Positions 19,470 to 33,350 of a DNA stretch of 64,000 nt are shown in pieces. The notes beneath the pieces are model-generated. The model was not told the origin of the DNA. It searched no databases and saw only the letters and a list, made by a program, of their open reading frames with translations. Numbering within the stretch: the stretch's first letter is position 1; every line of letters begins with the position of its first letter. Origin of the DNA: Hemiscyllium ocellatum (Eukaryota); NCBI RefSeq assembly GCF_020745735.1, contig NC_083409.1, forward strand, positions 9,165,534-9,229,533, written 5' to 3'. Both the position numbers and the translations under genes were made by a program.

Positions 19470-22150
19470 GCAGGACTGAGGGTGTTGTACTTAAAAACAC
19501 ACAGTATACACAATGAGCTTGTAGTGCCGATTGAATCTGGCAGGTACGATGTTGTGGGTATCACAGAGACAAGGCTGTAAGGGGATCCAGGCTGGGAACC
19601 AAATATCGAAGGATACATGTCCTATCAAAAGGACAGACAGATGGACAGAGGGAGAAGAATTGCCTTGTTAGTAAGAAATGAAATTAAATCAATAGCAAGA
19701 AGGGAAATACAGTCAGAAGGTGTAGAATTTGTGTGGGTAGAGCTGAGGAACCGCAATAAATAAAGTATTTGATGCAAGTTATGTTCAGGCCTCCAAACAG
19801 TAATCAGGGTATGGGGAAGGAAATCAATCAGGACTTTATGGCAGACTTCAATGGATAGGTGGAATTGGTAGCACGTCTCAAGAAAAGGATTCCATGGAAT
19901 CTCTATGAGATGATTTCTGGAGCAGCTTGTGGTTGAGCCATTATGGAACAGGCAGTGCTGGATTCAGTGATGTGTAATGAGGCAAACTTGATTCGTGAGC
20001 TTAAGGTGAAAGTATCCCTATGGATACGTGACCATAATGCGATAGATTTCCCTCTGTAGTCTGAAAGGAAGAATGAGTAAAGTTAACTCCAAATATATGA
20101 GGAAGGAGCTGGCCAGAATTGATTGGAAGGGGTGCCGAGCAGATAAGGTGGTGGAGCAGCATACAGCAGAGTTTCTGGGGATAATTCAGGAAGCAGAGTG
20201 GTAATTGATCCCAAAAAAGAAGAAACATACTTAGGGAAGGACAACACAACCATGGCTGATGAGGGAGGTCAAGGACAGCATAAAAGCAAAAGAAAATTCA
20301 CACAATGTGATGAAGAATTGTGGAAAGCCAGAGGATTAGGAAATATTTCAAAGCCTGGAGAGGATAATGAGAAAAGCATTCAAGGTGGAGAAGGTGAAAT
20401 GTGGGGGTAAGCTAGCCAGTAATATAAAAGAAGATTGCAAGAGTTTCTTTAGTTATATAAAAAGAAAGAGGAGGAAAATGAGGCTGGAGAAAGAATAATA
20501 CAAAATGAAGCAATAGCAGAGGAATTGAATCAATACTTTGCATCAGTCTTCACAATGGAAAACACCAGCAACATACCAATGCTTCAAGACTGTCAGGGGT
20601 GAGTGTAGTGGCCATCACTAAGGAGGAGGTACTGGGAAAGCTGAAAGGTCTGGATGTGGATAACTCACCCATACTGGATGAACTACATGAGTGTGTTCTG
20701 AAGGAGATCACTGAGGAGATTGTGGAGGCATTGGTGATGAACTTTCAGGAAACTGTGGATTAGAGGGATGAACGTGGGGTGGGGACGGATTTGTTGGGGG
20801 GAAGGAACTGGAAAATGGCTCACATAACACCCCTGTTAAGAAGGAAAAGAGGGAGAAGATGGGAAATTATAGGCCAGTTAGCCTGGATTCAGTTGTTGGT
20901 AAGGTTTTAGACTTCAATTTAAGGATGAATTTGCAGAGGACTTTAAGTGCAATGGGAAAATGGGGCTGAGTCAACACAGCTTCATCAAGGGGAGGTCATG
21001 CCTGGCAAATCTGTTAGAATACTTTGAGGAGACAATGAGCCAGTCAGACAAAGGAGAGTCTGAGGAAGTAATCTATTTGGATTTCCAGAAGGCCTTTGAC
21101 ATAAGATAAGGGCCATAGTGTTGGGGGAAAGATCCTGGTGTGGACTGAGGACTGACAGGTTAGCATAAAGCAGTAAGTGAGGAACAATTGCAGCTGGTGA
21201 CTGGTAGAGTCCTGTAGGGGTCAATGTTGGGACCATAACTATTCACATTATACATTAACAATCTGGATGAAGGAAGTGAAGACATTGTTGCTCAGTTTGC
21301 AGATCATATGAGATAGGTGGAGGGACAGGTAGTGTCGAGGAAGTGGGAAGGCTGCAAAAGGTCCTGAATAGGCTCAGAGAGGGGGCAAGCAAGTGGCAGA
21401 TAGAGTGTGAGGTTATGCACTTTGGGAGGAAGAAGAGATGCAAAGACTGTTTTCTAAATGAGGAAAGCCTTTGGAAATCTAAAGCACAAACCTCATTCAG
21501 ATTTCTCTTCAGGTTAACAGGCAGGTCCAGTTTGTGCTTGGGAAAGCAAATGAAAAGATAGCATTCATTTCAATAGGGCAAGAATACAAGAGCAGAGATG
21601 TTCTGCTCAAGCTATGTAAGGCTCTGCTCAGACTGTATTTGGAGTATTGTGAGTAGATTTTGGACACATATTCTGATAAATGATGTGTTGGCATTGGAGG
21701 TGTTTACAAGAATGATCCTGGGGATGAAAGGCTTGTCATATGAGGCGTGGTTGAGGACTCTGGGTCTGTACTCGATGGAGTTTAGAAGGATGAGGAGGGA
21801 CCTTATTGAAATTTGCAGAATACAGATAGGCCTGGATAGAGTGGATGCAGAGAAGATGTTTCCAAAAACAGGAGAGACTCGGTAACCAAGGCACAGCCTC
21901 AGAATGAAGGGAAAACCCTTTCGAGCTGAGATATGGAGGAATTTCTTCAGCCAGAGCGTGGTGAATCTGTGGAACTCATTGCTACAGAGGGTCGTGGAGG
22001 CCAAGTCACTGAGTGTACTTAAGACAGCGATAGATAGGTTCCTGATTGTTAAGGGGATCAAACGTTCCTTTGGAGTAGGCAGGAGAATTGGGGTGAGAAT
22101 CACAACTGCCAAGATCAAATGGCAGAACAAATTCAATAGGCCGAATAGCT
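19470..22150 (+). mobile_element. Decayed CR1 ORF2 (endonuclease to RT to 3'UTR), many deletions
   Basis: LRVLYL..SI..YDVVGITETRL (EN), HSFIKGRSCLANLLEYF, DFQKAFD, QFADHM, YCEQFW, RRMRRDLIE. Confidence 0.85.
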
Positions 22151-22294
22151 GAGTTCTGCTCCAATTTCTTAAAGTCTTCTGGAGAGTTTCCCCAAAACCT
22201 TGGAACACTGAACCCATTGGACTTTGAGCGCTGCTGGAGCTGTTTATCATCAGAACTTTGCCAAGAGATGAACAAAGAGTGGAGAGAGTGTGCA

Positions 22295-22880
22295 TCCATG
22301 TGGGAACTTCAGAATGCTTCCCAGATCCTAGAATACTATGAAGTACAGGAAGTGTGGTCAGTGACAGTAGTTGGAGATCAGGATTTCAGCGCTTCAGCAG
22401 CAGCTGGTGACTGTGCGGAGCATCCTTGAGGCTGAGAGCTCTGTAGAAAGCACGTTTCTAGATGTGGTCACTCTGCAGCTTCAGAGTATGCAGGGAGAGA
22501 GGGAATGGGGAAGCAGCAGACAGTCCAAAAGGACCAGGCACCTGGTACAGGAATCCCCGAGTCCATCCTACTCGCCATCCAGGATTCAGTTTGGAATCCT
22601 GATGAGAATCCATGGCACTACGGGGGGCTCAGCTGTACCGGGGGCGGGGGGGAGAGGGCACAAGGAAGACTGGAAGAGCGATAGTGAAGGGAGATTCGAG
22701 AGTGCGGACAATCGATAGGTGTTTGTGCAGCTGCAGATGGGAAGCCAGGATGTTGTGTTGTCTCCCTGGTGCCAGGGTCAAGGATGTCACTGAGCAGCTG
22801 CAGAGCACCGTGAGGGGAGAGGGGAGCAGTCAGCATCGTGGTCCAAATCGGTCCCAGTGACAGAGGGAGAAAAGAGAGGA
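22295..22880 (+). mobile_element. CR1 ORF1 remnant (coiled-coil region and SGNH esterase)
   Basis: ISALQQQLVTVRS..STFLDVVT; RMLCCLPGARVKDVTEQLQ. Paralogous to 62790-63700. Confidence 0.75.
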
Positions 22881-22949
22881 TTTAAACTAATTTAGCAGGA
22901 CTGTGGGAACCAGGAGGGAATATCAGAGAGGAACACCAAGGAACACTAG

Positions 22950-24600
22950 AAAATGGAAGAGATACTAAATGAATATTTTACATTAGTATTTACTGAGGAA
23001 AAGGATATGGAAGTTATAAAATGTAGGGAAATAGATGGTGACACCCTGAAAAATGTCCATATTACAGAGGACGAAGTGCTGGATGGCTTGAAATGCATAA
23101 AGGTGGATAAATCCCCATGACCTGATCAGGTGTACCCGAGAACTCTGTGGGAAGCTAGAGAAGTGATTGCTGGGCATATTACTGAGATATTTGCAACACC
23201 AATAGTCACAGGTGCCGGAAGACCGCAGGTTGGCTAACGTAGGTGGTAAGGACAAGCCAGGGAACTATACACCAATGAGCTTTACGTCAGTGGTGGGCAG
23301 GTTGTTGGAGGGAATCCTGAGGGACAGGATGTACATGCATTTGGAAAGGCAAGGACTGATTCGGAATAGTCAACATGGCTTTGTGTGTGGGAAATCATGT
23401 CTCACAAAGTAACAAAGTTGAGGGTAGAGTGGTCGATGTCATCTATATGGACTTCAGTAAGGCATTCAAAAGGTTCCCCATGGGAGACTGGTGAGCAAGG
23501 TTAGATCTCACAGAATACAGGGAGAAACTAGCCATTTGGACACAGAACTGGCTCAAAGGTAGAAAACAGAGGGTAATGGTGGAGGATTGTTTTTCAGACC
23601 AGAGGCCTGTGACCAGTGGAGTGCCAAAGGATCGATACTGGGCCCTCTACATTTTATAATTTACATAAATGATTTGGATACGAGCATAAGAGATACGGTT
23701 AGAAAGTTTGCAGACCAACCAAAATTGGAGGTGCCGTGGACAGCGAAGAAGGTTCCCCAGAGTAAAACGGGATCTTGATCAAATGGGTTAATGGGCTGAG
23801 AAGTGGCACATGAATTAATTCAGATAAATGCGGGGTGCTGCATTTTGAGAAAGCAAATCTTAGCAGGACTTATCCACTTTATGGGAGTGTTGCTGAATAA
23901 AGAGACCTTGGAATGCAGGGCCATAGTTCTTTCAAAGTGGAGTCGCAGGTAGATAGGGTAGTGAAGAAGGTGTTTGGTATGCTTTCCAGTATCAGTCAGA
24001 GTATTGAGTGCAGGAGTTGGGAGGTCATGCTGTGGCTGTACAGGTAATTATTTAGGCCACTGTTGGAATATTGCGTGCAATTTTGGTCTCCTTCCTATCC
24101 GAAAGATGTTGTGAAACTTGAAAGGGTTCAGAAAAGATTTAAAGGATGTTGCCAGGGTTGGAGGATTTGAGCTACAGGAGAGGCTAAACAGGCTACCATT
24201 TCCTTTGGAGCGTAGGAGGCTGAGGGGTGACCTCATAGAGGTTTATAAAATTATGAGAGGCATGGATATGATAAATAGGCAAAGTCTTTCCCCTGGTGTC
24301 TGGGAGTCCAGAACTAGAGGGGATAGGTTTAGGGTGAGAGGGGAAAGATATAAAAGAAACCTAAGGGGCAGAAGGTGGTACATGTATGGAATGAGCTGCC
24401 AGAGGAAGTGGTGGAGGCTGGTACAATTGCAACATTGAAAAGCCATTTGGATGGGTATATGAATGGGAACGGTTTGGAGGGATTTGGGCCGGGTACTGCC
24501 AGGTGGGACGAGATTGGGTTGGGATATCTGGTCGGCATGGACGAGTTGGACCGAAGGGTCTATTTCCATGCTAGACATCTCTGACTCTATGGCTCTATGA
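22950..24600 (+). mobile_element. CR1 LINE RT and 3' end
   Basis: KSPxPDQVYPRTL, QHGFVCGKSCLT, SILGPLHFIIYINDLD, KFAD, RRLRGDLIEVYKIMRG; tail CTCTGACTCTATGGCTCTATGA. Confidence 0.88.
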
Positions 24601-25074
24601 CCATAGAATCCTCAGTGCAGCCAATAAGTCACCACCCAGTGGGAAGTATGTGGAGGAATACAAATGCAAGGAATTTACAGAGACCTGCAAACATGATAGA
24701 GTAGTAATAAATTTACGGGGGTGGGTTCTTTAATTTCTGAATATAGACTGGAGTAGTGGTAGTGTAATGGGCAGAGTGGGGCTAGAGTTGTGAAAGTGTG
24801 TTCGGGTGAATTTTCAGGTGGAACCGTGGACAGTGAAGAAGGCTGTCTAAGAGTACAATGGGACCTTGACCAACTGGGCCAGTGGGCTGAGGAACGGCAG
24901 ATGAATCCTTCACTCATGTATAAAGTGTCCGGTCCCCTCTCAATCTTCACTGCTCCAAGGAAAACAACCTCAACCTTTTCAATCTTTCCTTGTAGCTGAC
25001 CCTCCAACCCAGGCAGCGTCCTGGTAAATCTCCCTCTCAAGTACAATAACAGCCTTCCCAGAATGTGGGGAACA

Positions 25075-25430
25075 GGACCTGTCTCTCTGCCTCTCTGTCT
25101 CTCTCTATCTCTCTGTCTCTCACTCTCTCTCTCTCCTCCCCCCTTTCTGACTCACATCTGCCACTCCTTTCTCTCTACTTCTATCTCTCTCTTCCACTGT
25201 TAACCTCTTTCATATTCTCTCTCTCACGCACACACTCTGTCTCATAGCCTCTCTCTCCAACTCACTCACGATTCCTCACTCCGTCTCATAATCTCTATTT
25301 TTTCCATTTCTCACTGTCTCCGTCACTCACTCCCTCTCTCGCTTCATCCGTCACTCACTCCCTCTCTTGCTTCAATTGAAAGCCTCCAACTGTCATCTCC
25401 CCCTATCCATTCTTCTCCCTCTCTCCGCAT
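25075..25430. repeat. CT-rich low-complexity tract abutting the assembly gap
   Basis: Imperfect (CT)n/(CTCA)n pyrimidine run. Confidence 0.85.
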
Positions 25431-25626
25431 NNNNNNNNNNNNNNNNNNNNNNNNNNNNNNNNNNNNNNNNNNNNNNNNNNNNNNNNNNNNNNNNNNNNNN
25501 NNNNNNNNNNNNNNNNNNNNNNNNNNNNNNNNNNNNNNNNNNNNNNNNNNNNNNNNNNNNNNNNNNNNNNNNNNNNNNNNNNNNNNNNNNNNNNNNNNNN
25601 NNNNNNNNNNNNNNNNNNNNNNNNNN
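25431..25626. other. Assembly gap (196 N)
   Basis: N run; the true size is unknown. Confidence 1.
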
Positions 25627-26044
25627 CCGATGTCCTTCACACTTGGTATGACACCCATATGTCTTCTCCTGGAATAAGACCCCATTTCTCACATTGACCA
25701 GATTTTGATATCTCTCAGGAAGATGGACAAATTCTTGTCAAATGAAGGAAAGTTCTGTGTTGTTAGCCTGTTCTCACTGGCGACCGGTTTGGATACAAAC
25801 CTCATTCCATGAAGGCCCAACAAGAGAGGAGATCCTCAGGTTATCAGTGTGAGGTGGAGGGACAGGACAGGCTCCGACCCACTGACCCATCATGTCCATT
25901 CACAACATTTTCCAATCTTTTCACCTCTCCTTCCCCTTCGATGATTAGTCTCTGAGCCAGGATGTTTCAATGGGATGAGGGTCAGAGCATCACACAGTTA
26001 CAACAGAAGGGAACTGAACCCACCATGGTGTCCATGACGCCAAC

Positions 26045-26240
26045 AGAGTCCAGTAAACATGGAATTCAGTTCAGAGGATGTCCTTCTCACCGAAGTCCTC
26101 AATAGAGACCAGTAAACATGAACCTCCTTCTGACTGGGATTCTTCAAGAGAGACCAGTAAACATGGGCCACCTTCAGTCTGGATCCTCCAAGAGAGACCA
26201 GTAAACATGGACCTCCTATTCACTGGAATTTCCAATGGAG
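26045..26240 (+). repeat. Four-copy degenerate minisatellite with invariant CCAGTAAACATG core
   Basis: GTAAACA at 26053, 26112, 26157 and 26201 (periods 59, 45, 44). Confidence 0.85.
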
Positions 26241-26249
26241 ATGAGCAGA

Positions 26250-26950
26250 TGAATGAGTTTTTGAAGAAATAATCAAGAAGATAGATAAAGGTAGAGAAGT
26301 ACACTCTGTCTACATGGGCTTTAGCAAGGCCTTAGACAATGTTCCCCAATTGTAGCCTGTTTATTAAGATTATATCACATAGGATTCAGGGAGAGCTCGC
26401 CAATTGGACATCAAATTGGCCTGATGATAGGAGGCAGAAACTGGTGAGAGAGGGTTGTTCTTCAGACTGGAGGACAGTGACCAACCGTCTGCCACAAGAA
26501 CCGATCCTGGATCCACTGTTGTTAATCATTTATATGAACAATTTGGATGCAAAAATAGGAGGAATGGTCAGTAAGCTTGTGGCTGACATTAAATTTGTTG
26601 ACATCGTGGACAGGGAAGAAGGTTATCGAAGAGTTCAATGTCATCTTGGTCAACTGGGCCAGTGGGTCAACAAATCCAGATGGAATTTAGTTTTGATAAA
26701 TGCAAGGAGTTACATTTTGGTAAGACAAACAAGGGCAGGAATTACACAATTAATGTCGACCCATGAGGGGCGTTGCTGAACAGAGAGACTGAGGGGTACA
26801 GGTACATAGTTTCTTGGAAGTGGTGTCACAGGTAGACTCACCCTCACTAGTCAAAGCAGGGAGTACAGGAGCTGGAAAATCATGTTCCAGCTGTACAAGG
26901 CATTGGGAAGGCCACATTTGGACACTGTGTACATTTTGCTTGAGAAAACA
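26250..26950 (+). mobile_element. CR1 RT fragment
   Basis: GIQGELANWTSNW..RRQKLV..PQEPILDPLLLIIYMNNLD..KLVADIK. Confidence 0.85.
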
Positions 26951-27699
26951 CTTTTCTGTAAAGTGGGTTGATTGTTTGTCCCAGTCTTTGTGTAAAAGTG
27001 AGACTAAGTGTGTGTAAGCTTTTATACAATACAGACAGAGGTCATTGGGCCTATTGAGAATCTGTTCATCAAATTAGTCCAATGAGTCCCATTTACCCAG
27101 CACTTTCTGTATAACCCTGCAATTGTTTCCTTTTCAGCTATTTCTCCATTTTGAAAGTTGCTGTTGAATCCACTTCCACTCACCTTGCAGACAGTCTTCA
27201 TGAACTTGCTGGATAAAAATGTTCCTACCTTCTCTCTTGTTCTTCAGACCCTTTCTGAAAATGTGTGCCCTCTGGTTACTGACCCTCCTGCCTGGAGAAA
27301 CAATTTGTCCTGTATTTACTGCATTCAAACTCTCTAATTGTGAACCCCTCATTGACTGAGACCTATTTCCAGCACAGAGGGAGAACATTCAGCCTGTCAG
27401 CGAAATGCTGTCATTTCATGGAGCAATCCAGTCAGTCCCACCCCCTGCCCTACTCGACCCCCAGAGCCTTGCAGGTTTATTTCCATCAAGAGCCCATCCA
27501 ATCTGCCATTGCAATCACTGAGTGTCTTCACCTGCCTCACTTGAATGGACATTAATTTCCAATATATTACCAATTGCTGCAAAAAACAAAGTTCTTCCTG
27601 ATGTCCCATATCTCTTGCCCAACAAAATGTCAGGTATTTTCAATGTGAAGTTGGGATTTTGCCTCCACACGGACTGTGCGGTGGTCACTTTTACTGATA

Positions 27700-28150
27700 C
27701 TGTCATGAACTGATACACCAGCGGCAGATAGATGTGTGAGAGGGTGATAGTGAATCTGCTTTTCCGCTTGTTGCTTCCCTCACCATCTACCACAGGTCCA
27801 CTCTAGCAGCTGAGTCAGGTGGCACGTGACCAGCTTGCTCAGTAGTGATGCTTCCTAGCAGCTCTTAATGGTAGACTTTGAAGTCCCTCACTCAGGGTAT
27901 ATCCTGCATCCTTCCCACCCCAGTGCTCCTTCCAAGTGTTGTTCAGCATGGAGGAGGACTGACTGCTCAGTTGAGGTTGGAGGGGAGGGCTGTGCTATGT
28001 GGTAATCAGCAGGAGGTTTCCATCCTCATATTTGACCTGCTGTCGTGAGGCTTCAAGGGTTCCATACTTAATGGTGAGGACTCCAAGGGCAACTCCCTTC
28101 CAACTCTACACACCACTGCGTTGCTTGCCCTGCTTGGTCTATCTTGCCAG
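27700..28150 (-). mobile_element. LINE (L2/CR1-group) endonuclease fragment
   Basis: - strand remnant resembling a common shark LINE EN segment (NLLLITTY..HHxEWLG). Heavily decayed. Confidence 0.5.
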
Positions 28151-29179
28151 TTAAAAACTGAATGAAGGAACAATTCTGTGCAGATTTCACAGCTTGGAGA
28201 CAGAGCTGCTGCTGGATTCTGTTTCTAGTCTCCGAATGCAGGCGTGTGTGTTTGTGAGAGAGTGACTGACACTTTTTCCATCACTGTGCTGTTTCTGCAA
28301 AAATTACATCCCAGAACCAGCCTCCTGCGCTGTCAGATTCCAGGGAATGCAGAGAGTTCACAGTTTTCTCCCGTCTCAGTAACAAATGTCCATCTGCTCC
28401 GAGCTCTTTCTTTCACTTCCTCTCTTGCTGAAGTTTCAACTTTGCGATCTGACAGTCTTTGCAGTTATTTTTTTACACTGAGGCTTTCTGCTGTGGTCGG
28501 AATCACTAATAATAAGTGTCCAATCAGCGACAATCACAGCAGCTAAGAGCAGTCAGGACTGAGGAGCCAGGCTCACTGGGAAACACATTGGGAAGATCAA
28601 AGCCATCCTCTCCATCTCCTTCCAAACTCCATCCCTGGGAGTTTGCTGCTCAAACAGACTCTTTACAAATGTGGCCACATCTCTGAGAATGATCTGACTC
28701 CCACTTCCTCCATATTACACAGACCAGCCATTGAAAATCTCAGTCATGCCTGTGGTACTCCATTCCAATGTTGTTCCAGCACACATCACAGCAATCGCCC
28801 TTCAGTTCATCCCAAACTCTGATGCCGGTGTCCAAACTTGCATCCATTCCTGTTCCCTCAACCACCTGCACAATGTGTCCGCATTGGCTCCAGGTCCAGT
28901 AACACCTTGACTTTCAAGTTCTTATCCTTGTTCGCAACTCCCTCCCTGACCTCTACCCTCCCTATCATTGTAACCTCCTCCAAGCTGCCTCAGTCAGTGT
29001 GATCAGCAATCTTGGATGTATGGCTCTCCGTTTCTTCATCCAAGTCATTGAGAAATATCATGAAAAGCTGAGCTCCCAGCACAGATCCCTGGGGATAAAC
29101 CCAATCACATCTTGCTCATTGGAGAATGCTCACACTATCCCTCCTCTCGGCCTCCTACCTCCAAACTAATTCCTGACCA

Positions 29180-30280
29180 AAGACAAATAATTTTATCTAA
29201 TTGGCTTGAGGTAGGAAGCAGTGGGTAACAGTGGAAAGATGCTTGTCAGACTAGAGGCCTGTGTCACGTGGAGTGCCTCGGGGCTCGATGCTGGGTCCAT
29301 TACTCTTTGTTATCGATATCAATAACTTGGATGAGAATCTGCAAAGCATGATTGAGAATTATGCAGATGACATTACAATAGACATTGAAGAAGGTTATCA
29401 GAAATTGCAGCAGGACCTTGATCAGCTGGAGAAATAGGCAGAGAAATGGCAAAATGTGTTCAGAGAAATAATTGTGAGATCTTGCAGTTTAGGAAGTTTA
29501 ATCTAGATGGGATTACCATGGTGAATGCTAAGGGCTTAAGGACTGAGGTGAAACAGAGAGATCTTGGAGTTCAGGTTCACGTTTCTCTGAAAGTTGAGTC
29601 ACAATTCGACAGGGCAGCCGGGAAGGCTTTTGGCACATTGGCCTTCATCAGTCAGAGCATTGAGTATAGAATTTGGGAAGTTATGTTGCAATTGTACAGA
29701 ACATTTGTGAGGTCGCACTTGGAGTATTTGGTCACCTTGTTATAGGAAGGACATTATTAAACTGGAACGAGTTCAGAGAAAATGTACAAGCATGTTGCCA
29801 TGACTCAAAAGTCTGAGCTTTTGTGAGAAGTTGAACAAGCTAGGACTTTTTTTTCTGAGAGTGTAGGAGACTGAGGGGTTTTTTTTTAAAGTGCATAAGA
29901 CCTTGCGAGACATGGATAGGATGAGTGCATTCAGTCGTTTTCCCAGGATTGATGAATTGAGGATGAGAGAGCATCAGTTTTAGGTTAGAGAGGAAAGAAT
30001 AAAAGGGAACCTGAGGGGTAACTTTTTCAGACAGAGGGAGCCGCACATATGGAATAAGCTGTCAGTGGAAGTGATTGAGGCGGGTATATTAACAACTTTT
30101 AAAAAGGCATTTGGACAATTACATGGGTAGGAAAGGCTCCGAAGGATATGGGCCAAGTGCAGGGAAATGGGGTTAGTGTGGATGGTCATTCTGTTCTGCA
30201 TGGACAAGTGTGGACCAAAAAGCCTGTCTCTGTGCTGTAAGACTCGATGACACTTTGACTCTATAATTCGACTCTATGTT
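29180..30280 (+). mobile_element. CR1 RT and 3' end
   Basis: GVPRGSMLGPLLFVIDINNLD, YADD remnant, LQLYRTFVRSHLEY; CTCTAT tail. Confidence 0.85.
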
Positions 30281-30289
30281 AACGAACAG

Positions 30290-33200
30290 TCTCTCAAACA
30301 CAGACACAAAGGAACTAGCAGCAGGAGTAGGCCATTCAGTCCTTGGAGTTGGCTCTGCCATTTAACATGACCATGGCTGATCATCCAAATTAGTCGCTGT
30401 TCCCACGTTTTCCCCATAACCTTAATCCCTTTAGTCCAAAGAACTATACTTATCTCCTTCTTGAACGCATTGAGTGTTTTGGTCTCAACCGCTTTCTGTG
30501 ATAGAATATCTCACAAGCTTCCCACTCTCTGTCTAAAGAAATGTCTCCTCATCTCAGTCTGAAATGGCCTATCCCTTTTCTTTAAACTGTAATTCCTGGT
30601 TCAGGATTCTCCAGTCACCAGGAACATCCTTCCACCCGTCTTTTCCCGTTAGGATTTCAACAGTTCCAATGTGATTCATCTAAATCTTCAGAACCTCAGT
30701 GAATATAATCATAACCAATCCAGTTTCGCAAGAGATCTAAGTGCTGTCCTCCCAGGAATCAGTCTGGTAAACCTTCGCTGCCCTCCCCCCACAGCCGGAA
30801 CATCCTTCCTCAGATAAGGAAATCAAAACTGCACACAATACAATCATTAAATCACACAGTACAGAAGAGGCCCTTCAGCCCATTGACTGTGTACCAGCCA
30901 AACTACACTAAACCTACACCAGTCCCACTTTCCAACACAAGGCCCATAGTTTGAATGTTATGACATTTCAACTGCTCACCCAAGTAGTTTTTAAAGTTTG
31001 TAACGTTTCCCACATCAACTACCCTCCCAGGCTGTGCATTCCAGACCCCCACCACCCTTTAGGTAAAAAAAACACTTTCCTCAAAACATCTTGAAACCTC
31101 CTATCTTTCAGACTGCGTGTGAACCAACTTGTTATTGACCCTCCCACAAAGGAGAACAGCTGTTTTCTATCCACCCTGTCCATTCCCCTCATAACCTTGT
31201 ACACCTCTATCGGGTCTCCGCTTCACCTTCTCTGCTCTGAAGTAAACAACACGAGCTGATCTAATCTCTTCATCAATGAGAGGTTCAATCCCACACAACA
31301 TCCTGGTGATTCCCCTCTGCACCCCATCCAGTGCAATCACATCCTTCCTACAGTGTTGTGACCTGAACTGCACACAGTACTCCAGCTGTTGCCTAACCAA
31401 TGTCCTGCTTCCTCCTGCTTTTATAGCCAATACCTGAAATGACCAAGGCAAGTGTCCCCTGTGCCTTCATAACTGCTCTGTTAACCTGCCTATCCACATT
31501 CAGGTCAGTGGACAAGCACCCAAGATTACACTGTTCCTTTGAGCTTTCTCAGGACCAAGAACAAGGGACAAAGAAAATTACAAAACAGGAACAGGCCCTT
31601 CAGCCCTCCAAGCCTGCACTGATCCATAGCTTCACTCTCGACCTATCATCAATTTTCCAAGGATCTGTATCCCTCTGTTCCCTGCCCATTCATGCATCTA
31701 TCTCGATATATCTTTAATGATGCTATCATGCCCGCCTCTATCACTTCCGATAGCAATGTGTTCCAGGTACCAACCACACTCTGTGTAAAGAACTTTCCAC
31801 GCATATCTCCTTGAAACATTTCTCCTCTCACCTTGAGCCCATGATCCCTAGTAATTGAGCCCCTCACTCTGGGAAAATTCCTCTTGCTATCCACCCTGTT
31901 CTTAGCTCTCATGGTTTTGTAGATCTCGAGCAGGTCCTCCCTCAATCTTCAACTTTCTATTGAAAATAAGGCTAATCTACTCAACCTCTCTTCAGAGCTC
32001 ATGCCCTCCCGATGAGACAATCCTGGTTAAGCTCCTCTGCACCGTCACTGAAGCATCCACATCCTTCTGGTAATGTGGCGATCAGAACTGCATGCAGTAT
32101 TCCAAATGTGGTGAAGCCAAATTCCGATACAATTCTAACATGACCTGCCTACTCTTGTGCCCCAACCGATGAAGGAAAGCCTGCCATCTTCCTTCTTGAC
32201 CACTCTATCAATCTGCATTACCACCTTCAGTGTACAATGGACCCGAACATCCAGATCTCTCTGTGCATCAATTTTCCGCAGGGCTTTCCATTCACCATAT
32301 AGTTTACTCCAGAATTGGATCTCCCAAAATTCATCAGATCACATTAACCCAGATTGAACTCCATATGTCCGTTTCTCAGCCAAGTTCTCAAACTATCTAT
32401 ATTCTGCTGCATTCTCTGACAGTCCCCTTCACTATCTGCTACTCCACCAATCTGAGTGTCATCTGCAAACTTGTTAATCATTGCAAAATTGACTGGTTTT
32501 CAAACAAAATGTAAATGTTTTGGGAGAGCCTGGGGTGCTGAGGGCTTGATTGAAACACAATTAGAGTCAGAGAGATGTAAAGCACAGAAACACACTCTTC
32601 GATCTGACTCATCCATGCCAACCACAGAGACATATAGTCATAGAATCAGAGAGATGTACAGCACAGAAACAGACCCTTCTGTTCAACTCATCCATGCCGA
32701 CCAGATAACCTAAATTCATCTAGTCACATTTGTCAGCATTTGGCCCATATCCTTCTAAACCCTTCCTTTTCATATACCTATCTAAATGTCTTTTAAATGT
32801 TATCATACCAACCTCTACCACTTTCTCTGGCAGTTCATTCCAAAAATGAACCAACCTCGGCAGATCATTTACATCTATTGCAAGCAAGAAACATCTCGGC
32901 AGGAATAAGTTATGCCTTAGTTCCCATTTAAATCGTTTTCCTGATACTTTCCACCTATGCCCTCTAGTTCTGGACTCCTTCACTTTAACCAAAATATCTT
33001 CTTGTTTCACTTGATCAATGCCTCTCATGATGTTAGAAACCTCGATATGGTCATCCCTCAGCTTCCAGTGATCCAGGGAAAATAGCCACAGCCTATTCAG
33101 CCTCTCCCGATGGCTCCAACCCTCCAACTTGGCAACATCCTTGGAAAACTTTTCTGAACCATTTTAATGTTCCCAACAGTTTTCCTACAGCAGGGAGGCC

Positions 33201-33350
33201 AGAATTCCACACAGTATTCCAAAAGGGGTCAAACTAATGACCTATACAGGTACATCAGCTCCCAACTCCAATACTCAATGCATTGCCCAATAAAGGAAAG
33301 CATGGCAAATGACCTCGTCACCCCCATACCTACTTGCAACTCCACTTTGA
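30290..33350 (-). mobile_element. Cluster of nested CR1 3' fragments on the - strand
   Basis: Repeated - strand hallmarks (LEYCVQF, RGDLIE, WNxLP, TFKRHLDRYM) in ORFs 31167-31451, 31649-31945 and 32720-33127. Confidence 0.8.

Larger units (their letters stand above)
14230..22950 (+). other. Segmental duplicate block A (IgL C1, 3'UTR, upstream intron), paralogous to 56650-63780
   Basis: Colinear unique and old-repeat segments: 15290-15520~57710-57930, 15770-15860~57960-58060, 18900-19340~58330-58780, 22170-22940~62680-63760. Confidence 0.85.

Noticed and set aside
25627-25760. - strand FQEKTYGCHTKCEGH as a C2H2 zinc-finger remnant
   Set aside because: Cys/His spacing is wrong and the sequence is truncated by the gap.
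26045-26240. CRISPR-like repeat-spacer pattern
   Set aside because: Vertebrate DNA, no cas genes, and spacers are homologous to each other and unequal in length.
28250-28310. Possible RSS around CACTGTG (28282-28288)
   Set aside because: Spacing to nonamer-like sequences is 26 or 8 nt, not 12/23; no adjacent V or J coding sequence.
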